Positions 53,711 through 64,000 of a DNA stretch of 64,000 nucleotides are shown in pieces. Position numbers and translations under genes: made by a program. This DNA comes from Amoeboaphelidium protococcarum X5 (taxonomy: Eukaryota; Fungi; Aphelidiomycota), in assembly GCA_023515725.1 (NCBI GenBank), contig JALDTO010000154.1, forward strand, positions 248,001-312,000, written 5' to 3'. Under the pieces are notes generated by a model. That model had not been told where the DNA came from. It made no database searches and saw only the letters and a list, made by a program, of their open reading frames with translations. How positions within the stretch are numbered: position 1 is the stretch's first letter; every line of letters starts with the position of its first letter.

Positions 53711-55459
53711 ATGACCGGCAAAAGCACCACTGATCAATTTGCTCTGGAAGAGGCATCAGAGGAAGATGTACGACTGATTTCATAATATCTAGACCATATT
53801 GAGTTGCAGACAACAGCAGAAGGATTGGTCAATCTGCCAAAATTGTGGAGGAAGCTTCCATCAGCAGACTCTAACTGGACCAATGATGAAGCAGCACGAA
53901 AGTAGCTGCAAAGATGGAAGGCAAGTGAACAGTACAAAGCAGCAATGAAGTTGCACAAGGGGGCATCACCATCTGACATTAGAATAGAGTTTGTGTATCC
54001 ATTCGTTCGCAGGTTGAAGTTGGACACGCCTATCAAGGACTTTGCTGTGGAATCATTCAAACGCCTGGAGCGCCAAGTCAAAGCCTCTTAGGATCCTCAG
54101 ACCACCACTCTCCCAGCCAAGTCCGACGCATCATTAGAATCTCATCATGCAAGTAGTCAAGAAGACGGTAAGTCAGATTCGCAGAATGCATAACTGGAAA
54201 GTGCTGATAAGCTGCCATCTAATGACGCGCTCCCAACTTCCAATGATGGGCAAAGTGATCATGTAAGGCCAAAACTGCAAGAGAATGTAAGCTATACTGG
54301 GTAGATGGTATCCAGTAGTGGAAATGCACTGTAGCCAAAGCATGGTCAAGGGCTGAATTTGTACTAATCAGTGATGACAGTCAGTGCCAACATTGCGGTA
54401 TACTTGCCGGACGCCTAGAGTATGCCAGATGCCATATGGGAGATGGAGATGGTGCTGAGTCAGCTTCCTCGCGTGCTTCCAATACGTGAGCTCAAGTCAG
54501 CTATAACATCACCTCAATCCATCGGTTCTTGGGCTGAGTTATTGTGGAAAGACGTAAATAGATTGCTGGGAGGTTTGACGAGTGAAAGTTGGTAACTCGT
54601 TCAAGGGGTTGTCGCATCTATATTGAGAGCACTATGCCTACCTCATTACTCGCAAGAAATTGGCTTGTTGTGCTGTGTATTCCTGACTATGTATGCACCG
54701 GAGGTGGCAGCCGATCTGGTCTCGAGGCTATACAAGGCAACTGGCGCGTGGAACTTGCCGCAGCTTGAAGCCGACTGCCGCGTATTGGAGAACTTAATTG
54801 CGTCTGAAGAGGGCTTCACTGAGGTGGCCAGATTCCGTCAAGGTTGGTTTGGATAATGCTACGTAGTCAATTGGATGGCGTCCTGTTACTCAAAGAACGC
54901 TTAAAATATTTATGCCAAGCTACCAACGTGGTCTACTTTCTGCTATGCCGAAGATCCGCAACGTGCATTTCTAGCAATCGCAGTGCTTCATGCTCTTTCG
55001 GAATTACCTAACTCTACCGAGGAGTAGTTTAATCGTGCTGTAGCCGTTAAGCCTGGTAATTTGGTAACAGCTGAACTCTTGGAGAGTTCGTTATACTAAC
55101 GGGCGCTCACCATGTGCATGAACGCAGAATTCAACCGCGTCTCCTACGCTGGCAATGTGATAGCTGTTGCAAAACGTAATCATACCTCATGTTTCCAAAT
55201 GGACCATTTGAAAGAAGCATTACCTACTGTCGTTGCTCCTGCGCCTATCTCCACTGAGAATTTATCCAGATGCCATCAGTGTAATGGCGAGAAAATTGCT
55301 GATTGTATGTCGTGTAATCAGGCGTTCTGTAATGAGCATTAAGCTGTGCATACTGATCATCCAACGACGCTGGAATCTTCAGATGGTGACACCAACTCTT
55401 CTCTTCTACTTAGCAATGTTGAAGATGATTCTTTGAACCTGAACGGTAGCACTTGTTGA
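53711..55459 (+). CDS. Orphan 582-aa protein: KilA-N-like N-terminus, helical core, B-box-like zinc finger
   Basis: Continuous ATG-TGA frame; EGLVNLPKLWRKL...KQLQRWKASEQYK; CHQCNGEKIADCMSCNQAFCNEHQAVHTDH. Confidence 0.65.
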
Positions 55460-55668
55460 ATAACTGAAGATTAACGAAATAATGAGGATGTTTTAAGATA
55501 TATCTATGAAAAAAACAGTTGGACTATTTCCTTTTTGAATCAGATTGAAGCAGAGCAGAGAGGATCAATCTTCCATTTTTTACTTCTAAATAGTACAACA
55601 GATTAAAATCACTTGTTGACCAATTTTGTTAACTCACATATAATACAATAGCCTGCTTAAAGAATTGT

Positions 55669-55991
55669 TACTGCGGCTGAGTGAAATTTAGTACTCAAAA
55701 GTCCCATTGAAAAATGTGGGACATTTGTCCCAGTTGGCCAAACGCGATGTGGGACATTTGTCCCACTTTCAGTTGAGTGTATGAAACAGTAGATTAAGAG
55801 CATATTTTTACTTGTTGGTATGTCCAATAGTATTTAAATAGCCAGCTCAAGGTATACTACTGCGGTCGAGTGAAATTTAGTACTCAAAAGTCCCATTCAA
55901 AAATGTGGGACATTTGTCCCAGTTGGCCAAACGCGATGTGGGACATTTGTCCCACTTTCAGTTAAGTGTATGAAACAGTTGATTAAGAGCA
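55669..55991. repeat. Tandem duplication (period 189 bp, 134-bp core) with four TGGGACATTTGTCCCA palindromes
   Basis: Cores 55669-55802 and 55858-55991 differ at 5 positions; palindromes start at 55717, 55750, 55906 and 55939. Confidence 0.95.
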
Positions 55992-56133
55992 CATCTAGAT
56001 ACTAGTTCTATATAAACATTCAAATGAAAGACACAAGTTATTCATGTCACATTGTCTGCGCATACTGAATCTTTAAACAAGTCTGGCAACTATAATCTCA
56101 AGCGTGACTGGATAAAACAAGAAGCATTTTTAG

Positions 56134-58119
56134 TCAGTATTTTTATTGTTTTTTCAAAGTTTTGTCGTTTTTATAAGCACTCAATCCACCGCCAACACCA
56201 GCGCTACTACTGCCCATATTCTACGAAATGTTCAAAGAATCGGACGCACCGCTAGCTGTAGCCAATTCTTAAAAACACCTCTCTGTACATTATTTCAAAT
56301 CACGCCAACTAAGAATCAGACAATTGGATTCATCGCGGCTCACCAGCAAAACATTCTCTTCACTGCCACAATCCAACTTGTTCAGACATTTCAAAACGTG
56401 AGCCATATTCAAAATTGGTACATGCATTCCATTCACACCGGGCGCCTGTTAGTGGAAGATATAATCTCGCAGGAGAGACAAGGTGTACCGATCACCAGTC
56501 TGAGCCCATGTGGTATCACCAAGTAAATGGTCACGCTCCAAAATCGCATTCAATTTCACCATCAATCTAAACAATCTGCCATTCTCAATCTCCCTCTTCA
56601 TGGAAGACTAAATAACATCAGCCATAGCGTATGCTCTCTATGTCTCTTGAATAAGCTTGGGCGCCATAACTGGAAAGCATTGACTAATAATTTTGGAGGC
56701 TATCTATTTTTCCACAACATAGCCTGATTACACATTATTCATCTCTGTATGATATGCATCTAGAATAAACAAAATCAAATTCTTTAAATCCTGCTCCTCT
56801 GGTACACCCGACTTGCTATTGACATCGTTACAAAATGTATTAATAAACGCCGGGATAATCTACTATGGCTAATTTATCATATCTGGTGCAACGCATTACA
56901 AAGCTAGAGAGGCTACTAAAGTGACAGCTTGCATTAAATCATTCAGTTGGCTATGGATAAGCTATCCAGTGGTATAACTCTAACTTTGAGAGTACAATAC
57001 ATGTGAAATGCCAAGATATGCCAATCTGATCTATCCAGAATAACTTCTCATTATAGTAAAAGGATTCAAGATTCCCACAAACAGACCACTTTAGAATATC
57101 TGATGTAACAGGCTCAGCAATTACACCAAGACACTCCATACTTCATCGATGATCACCCTTCGATCTATATTCTAATCAGTAACATACAAAGGAAACGCAT
57201 GATACAGAGGTGTTGATGAACTAAAACTGTCATATATGAACATGAGCGAATCGTCTCCAAAGTATCTGGTGGAGAAGGCCTCCTTTAACTTTACCACTCC
57301 CGGAAGATCAACCAGGCTGCCGTTAATATACTTGCCGAGAGATAGAAGAATCTTTTCATCCAGCGGTTTATATCCACAAACTCTAATCATTGTCACGAAA
57401 GAACTATCCACAGCACTAATACCATGATATCTTATCAACTAATAATCAGACAGAACGTGCTGCAGATCATCATGATCATCCACTTAAACCACAGAGTGAT
57501 AATCGCCGACTGATACAGACTATTTAGATGAATTGTAATAAACGTTATACTAACTCTACATTTCTGATAATATCCGATGTCTAAGTTGACTTTCTACATG
57601 GTGCTGTCTACTGTTACTACTACTACTATTTTATAGATACGATGCATCAAAGTATATATTATGATCAAGCGGATCCACTAAGGAATGTCTATAAGTGAGT
57701 TAATCAATATGGACCGGTTGTACATACCCATCACTACCAACAACAGGCAACTGGAAAAATTCGGCATTCTGTCCATACTCAATCTATTCTGGATATTCCT
57801 ATTAAATGTTAACTTTAGCCATCTTTTACGATACCTGTCTCACTTGGCTAAATATCAATTTATTATAATCTGAACTGCCGACACTATTGTCAGGTGCAAC
57901 ACTTTACTTTGACGACTGCGGCTCAAATTGAATCTATTGTTATGACACCTCTCCCTAGCCGGATGTCGCTATTACAGTTGGACTATGTTTATATAGACAT
58001 CCCTACTTCTCATACTTGCAATAGCCATAGAGAGCAATATTTCTGCACTACTTATCGAACCTCTACTACTATTAGTTCTTACTAGAAGACTACTAATCCT
58101 CCTCCTCTCCTTCGCCCAT
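56134..58119 (-). CDS. PAN3: PAN2-PAN3 deadenylase subunit
   Basis: CRNIALYGYCKYEKQGCLYKH finger; DRYTLSLLRDYIFHQ; HVLKCLNKLDCGSEENVLLVSRDE. Confidence 0.9.
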
Positions 58120-58311
58120 GACTAGAGAATCGGATACTTGAATCTAACAGCAGAGACTTTCACAAAACTAAAAGTAAGAAATCACCCACCAGGAAGAACA
58201 ATCTAGTATTCTAAATAATTCCAACAAGACTGCCCTCTAAAATATCCAGGACCCAAAACTATAACAACAGAGCGTACTGAAATAATTATCTATTATAGAA
58301 AGGAATCTAAT

Positions 58312-58412
58312 CGAGGCGAGACGAGACGAGAGAAAGAGCGAGCGAGAGAAAGAGCGAACTGGTGAAAGAGATATGAAGAGAGAGATGCAGAGAGAGAGAG
58401 AAAGAGGGGAAA
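58312..58412. repeat. GA-rich low-complexity tract (CT-rich on the PAN3 sense strand)
   Basis: gagacgagacgagagaaagagcgagcgagagaaagag...agagagagagagaaagagggg. Confidence 0.7.
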
Positions 58413-58848
58413 CGGCGAATAAGAGTAGGAGCTACAGGGCGTATCATAGAAGGTTAAGCTATTTTGAATATTGCAATGTAATATGAAGGTAACAAAGAGT
58501 GTTAGTGACACTGTTTATTGATAGATGTTGCTGTTTAACGTTCTATGCGCTAAAGATTTTTTTTGATTCGTATCATGCTGTACTACTGTAAGCATCCAAT
58601 ACGCGTTGCTCTCTTGGTGCTATAAGTATGACTGAGACAACTGTTCAGTATATGTTTACTCAGCAAATGCAGACGTTTGACTGACCTTAAGTATATTACT
58701 TGGTGTTCAAACTGCTTGGCAACGATTAAAACCGGGAGTCCAGATTTAGATCTTTAATCTAGAACCCACACTTGTATACAACGCAGAATATTGCTATCCA
58801 TCACCACTCTTAAACAAGTTGAATTTGTGTATAAAAGCGCTTATAACT

Positions 58849-59688
58849 ATGGTCAGAAAAGCAAGCTATAATGGTGGTGGACGTGACTAGATGATGTCTA
58901 AACTAATGTTCATTGCTGGCTTTGTATTCTTTGCCTTGGACATTCTGTCGCTAGGTACAACGTTCAGCTTCATTTAGACAAGATTGTATCCTATAAGTCC
59001 AAGTAATGCTCGGTTCAATTATTATAACAAGACTAGTTAGTCAACAGTTTATTTCAATACCACTGGAAATCCTAATCTATACGTTGTTGATTCCTCTATA
59101 TGCCTGCCCATGTCTCCTGATCGCATAAAGGACAACTTCCGCTTGAATATGTGGTTTGCAGGTGCCTTCTTCCTGGCCGCGTCGGTGTTGACCATCATGT
59201 ACACGACTTATGCCTCGTTTTATATTGCTGGACGCGGTGTGTATCAATGTACCGATAGTGAAGGCAACTCCACTTGCAAATTGTACTTGGTAAATCCTTG
59301 GTTTGTGTAACTGAGATAGCTATACGCTGGCAAAGGCTGGATGTCGGAAGGTGATAGTGATCGTTTGTAGAAGTTGGATCATAATTACCAGGCGTTAACT
59401 GGCTACTTTTCATATGCTCAACTCTTCTTCCTGGCAGCGTTCATCTTGATGTGCAGTCCTAATAGCAGTTTTGTCGACCAGTTGTCGTTGCTTAATTATT
59501 GTGCTTCTGTCGCGTCCATCATTCGCAAAATTCCCAAAATCGCGTCCGTCACTGTGAACTTTGCTGGATGTTGCTGCTTCTGCTTCGGTAAGAAGGGCCG
59601 CTACGTCGAAGCTTTCATTGGTATCATGATTTGTCTTGCTATTATGGTCATGCCCATTGTGAGCTTCTTCACATATGTTCCCTTCTGA
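58849..59688 (+). CDS. Multi-pass membrane protein, orphan (279 aa)
   Basis: One frame joins the ORFs at 59110 and 59374; 4-5 hydrophobic helices, N-glycosylation sequons and a CCCFC cluster. Confidence 0.7.
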
Positions 59689-59844
59689 TCGAGACGCCAA
59701 ATTGATGATGATGATTATGATAATCGACGATTTCGTAATAGATAACAATTATGATATACTATATTATTCAACTTCCACGTAATATTTATATTCAAATTTC
59801 ATGATATGTTATTACTTAGTGGTTTGATCAAGTTCATTACCAAA

Positions 59845-61728
59845 TCAGCTCGAATCTTCCATTTCAACATCCATGTCGACAAACATCTAATTGATGGATG
59901 AATCGTATTTGGCAGCACTTTGAGGTGATTAGATTGTATCATTAGATACCAATTCAAAAGATAATTGCATGTCTGAATCCTGTTCATTCTTAGTGTATTC
60001 TGCCACAGACACGGTGGATCCTTCTTTCATACACTTCTCTGCCTCCCATTGCTTGCTAAATCTGACTCGTAGCACTTCTTAACCAGCACCATCTCCCACA
60101 ACGTCGCTTGCCTCGACATAACCAAATTTATGAAGATGCTTCAGTAGAATCGATGGTCCAGGCATTCCAGATCCAGCTTTCATATACGCAGGCTACTTAA
60201 GAACAGCATTATATGGACTAACAACCAGAGTTCGCGGCCTATTATCCAGACTAAACGCGGCACCTGCCGCTCCACCACCTCTTCCTGATGATGCACCTCT
60301 ACCTCCACGACCACGGGCCCGCCTACCAGCGTAGTTGCCACGAGTAGGAGCTGCACCGCTCCACGGCTGGACACCTTAAGGCTAGACTTGAGGCATTTGA
60401 ACTTCAGAGCCATTCAACTGAGCATTCTACTACGCAGCCTATAGATCATTTTACATGGTACGAGTTTCAACATCAACTTGAGGTTATTCTTCAGCTTTCA
60501 CAATCTTTGCAGTTGGCAACTTGATGACCGAAGATACGGCCTATAACTGCTGTAAAATCTTGTTCTTCTCCTCTTCATTCAAATGTCCAATATTAGCCAT
60601 CAAAAGGCGTCTCTACTCGTCCTACTTCTTGGCCAACTCCTGCATTTACTAGCTTAAAGCCTACTATAGCTGCAAATTCTACTCCTTCTTCTATTAAAGT
60701 TCTTCTGCAGTCATTTTAACCATTTCTACTTCTTAATCGGCGCTGTTATCGCCATTCTCGCCCGAATCGTCACCATGTCTATCACGACTGACGTACTCTC
60801 TAACATTATAAACTTTAATGAATCGATTATTAAGGACAGCGGTAGGATCCTCAAAAGCCTTCTGGGCCATCTCAACACCACGCTATTCGTCGTCGCCAGA
60901 ATCAAATTCGACTATACACTTTCCCTCCATAGGATAAATGTTAACATTCTTTATAGGTCCATACTTTGAGAAATAATCGCGTATAACCTGCTCAGGATTA
61001 TTATTACTCTCCGAGGGAGTGAGGATCTCAGCAGGTACATTCACCACTGAAATTTTGTTGGTAAACTTGGAGACACTACGACGCTCAGCTCTGTCAAATC
61101 TTCCAGCACCATAATTGTTATTATCGCGGCGTCTATCCCCATATCCATCTTGTTAACTACCACCACCACGCCCAGATGAATACGGTGAGAATCTCTGACG
61201 CGATTAATATTGCTGACCGCGACCTCTACTGTTAGATGGACCATATCTGCTAGAATCTCTATCATATTCACCACGCTATGCTCTCAGATCGTAATGTCCA
61301 CGCTAGAATCTATCATGCTACTGCTACTACTACTACTACTACTGACTATGGTCAATATACTACTAACTGCGGTCTGTCTACTATTATGGATATTACTAGT
61401 TACTTTAATATCGCGGAGGATGACGGTCTCCAGAAGAAGCATTATGAGAAGAGTTAAACTCGTTAGAATCAACAATTCCAGTCTAAACGTATTAATCCAA
61501 TAGCAAATCTAGAAATACATCAGTGGACACTCTAGTAATAAAAGGAGCCAGGTCCCTGCTGAACTACTGGCGCAATTGCTCAACATCGGAGAATTAATTC
61601 TTACTAATAGCCACAATGTACTCTGATAGAACATTACTATCCGCGTCACTATAGCGCGGTAATATTTAGAGCAGCGACTATCTCAATTTCTCCCCTTTCT
61701 CAGCGGTAACGTCCAATTATAGCGGCAT
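59845..61728 (-). CDS. RBM26: RBM26/27-like PWI + RRM RNA-binding protein
   Basis: SDADSNVLSEYIVAI (PWI); DYFSKYGPI and AVLNNRFIKVY (RRM); RGG tracts. Confidence 0.8.
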
Positions 61729-61971
61729 AATTCTATTAAGATTACAGGATAATGTGGCGATTTTGAATCTAAATCTTATGTAAATATTTTGACTGCAGCA
61801 CTACTAATGATCTTTGGAAGGAGAAAAGAACTCGAGACGCGACTAAAAGCTAAAAGTGACCGGAACGTTCAAGAGAAGAGAAAACCTTCTGCAATAATAT
61901 TTTACACACAAATTAGCCTTTTATCATCGCTCTTTAAGTGGCGGTAATATTATTGAGAAAAAGATATAGTA

Positions 61972-64000
61972 ATGATTAGATAGACAATAACGCGTCAAGT
62001 TGTGCGATTTGCTTCATCATCTTACCATGGGTATAAACCGCCACAACCGAAGCCTTTGAAAGTTCCTCCTGGATTGTTGGCACTTGGTATCACTGCCGCG
62101 GTTGGTTCTACGTTCTACTTGACAAGTCCTCCGCCATCATATAGCAGTCATTAGCTGGGTGATGAAGGAACTGATGATGTTCGACACGACGTTTGGATTA
62201 GCTCTAATCCTGATGAGCGAAGACGATTGGGACATGGCAAGTTATCGAAATTAGTGCACAAGGTAAAAGACGCGGTGGAACACAAAGTATAAGAGGTTAT
62301 AGCTGAATAGGGCGATATTGTGGAAGATGTTCTGGAGGAAGCTGCGCGTGAAATCGTTGAAGAGACTGTCGGAGTCTCTGTGGTGAAGGAAGAGATTACC
62401 GGTGCGTCATAGCAATCTGTATCAGAATAGAATGAGAACTCGTAGTAAAGCGGTAGTGTTGTGCATACACCCACCAAAGCGTCTCCGTATGATGATATGA
62501 TTGAATGTTAGTATCTGCTGATTGGCGGTGGTACTGCCTCTTTCAGTGCTATGAAATCGATCTATCAGCAGGATCCGCTAGCCAGAGTATTGATTGTCAG
62601 TGCTGAGAGCCAGATTCCTTATATGCGTCCACCACTGAGTAAAGAGCTGTGGCAGGGTGAGAAGAGTCAGTCGGATGTGAGTACAATCAAGTTCAAAGAT
62701 TGGGGTGGTACTGAGCGAAGCTTGTATTTTGAAGACGCGTCCAGCTATAGCGTAGTCAAATCTACCGATTCTGTTGAGTACTAGAATGTAGACGATGGTA
62801 CCCTAAAGCCGGTGATTATGCTCAACACCACTGTCTAGGATTTGAATGTTGATACACACCTTGCCAAGCTAGATACCGGTAGATTCATCAAGTACGATAA
62901 AGTTCTGATTGCCACTGGAGGTAGTGCCAAGTTGGTAAAGTAGTTGCCGGTAGAGTTTTAGAATCGCGTCTCCACTTTCAGGACTGTGGATGATTATACG
63001 AGACTTGCTGATATCATACAAAGTGGTAACAAACGTATCCTGATTGTCGGAGGTGGATTCTTAGGTAGTGAATTGGCTTGTGGTGTAGCAAGATTTGGTC
63101 GTAAGTATTAAACCAAAGTCACTCAGGTTATGCCTGAAAATGGAAATATGGGACTTGTCTTACCTAAATACTTGGTCAAGTGGACTACTGAGAAGGTGCG
63201 CGCTGAAGGTGTTGATGTTCTACCAGATGTGTACATCAAAGGTGCCAGGTTGATTAATTCCAAGCAGCAGATAGAGGTTGAATTGGATAATGGCAAAACG
63301 GTGCAGGCTGATCTTGTTGTCGTTTGCGTTGGTATCGACGCTAATGTCTCTTTGGCGCGTAAGGCTGGTCTAGAAATTGACAAGGTGCACGGCGGTATTG
63401 TAGTTAATGATTAGCTGGAGGCCCGTAGAAATGTCTTTGTTGCCGGTGATGTAGCATCTTTCCATGACATCACTTTGGGCCGCCGTCGTATTGAACATCA
63501 TGACCATGCTATCCTTAGTGGTCGCATTGCAGGTAGAAATATGGCTGTGAAGGAGGATCGCAAGAGAAAGTCTTATAAGCATCAGTCAATGTTCTGGAGT
63601 GATTTGGGACCAAATATTGGGTATGAGGCTGTCGGTATTCTGGATAGCAAGTTGAAAACTGTCGGTCTATGGGCAAAGTAGAAGAAGGTTGATACTCCAA
63701 AGTAGGTGGTGTCTGTTGATACCAAGGAGGACCATAACGTCCGTGTCACGAGCCCTGAAGATCTGGTTGAAGCATCTCCTGATACCGTTGTAGCCAAGAC
63801 TGAAGTGGACTTCAAACTGGACGAGAATGCAGATGATTAATCAATGACGCCATAGAACTCTTCATCTATCGGCGGCGAAGAGTATGGTAAAGGTGTAGTA
63901 TTGTACCTGGACCCCGACGATGGTAAGATTGTGGGTGTCCTGTTATGGAACTTGTTCAACCGCACTAATATTGCGCGAAGACTTATTGCCGAGTAGAAGA
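61972..64000 (+). CDS. AIFM1: Mitochondrial apoptosis-inducing factor (3' partial)
   Basis: Targeting peptide plus TM; [57 protein letters not shown]. Confidence 0.92.

Noticed and set aside
55669-55991. CRISPR array
   Set aside because: The spacers are themselves repeated, there are no cas genes, and the context is eukaryotic.

Overview
Gene-dense, intron-poor nuclear DNA from a fungus-related eukaryote that reads TAA/TAG as Gln and stops only at TGA (translation table 6). This explains why the supplied ORF track is fragmented. The code plus retention of IFT122, AIFM1-type, DCAF12, UBE3A-type and golgin-84-type genes fits the aphelid Amoeboaphelidium protococcarum (inference). Re-translation gives about 30 genes: DCAF12, a multi-TM class-3 lipase, ADE1, single-exon TOR, golgin-84, an M43 metalloprotease, SET2, ARP4, IFT122, NDH-2, RPA49, CCZ1, an amidase, an Ssr4-like protein, a TTP-type CCCH protein, TYW3, GDT1, NIPA, a UBE3A-like HECT ligase, a cyclin, PAN3, RBM26, AIF and several orphans. 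An accessory block at about 19.4-26 kb holds a decayed Helitron-like fragment, an intact Crypton tyrosine-recombinase ORF flanked by repeated TGTGAC motifs, a small secreted Cys protein and a 5'-truncated LINE with a 13-bp TSD. The least explained locus is 53.7-56.0 kb: an orphan ORF with a KilA-N-like N-terminus and a B-box-like C-terminus, followed by a 189-bp tandem duplication carrying four GGGACA-TT-TGTCCC palindromes. All calls come from manual reading and recalled family motifs; no database search was run.
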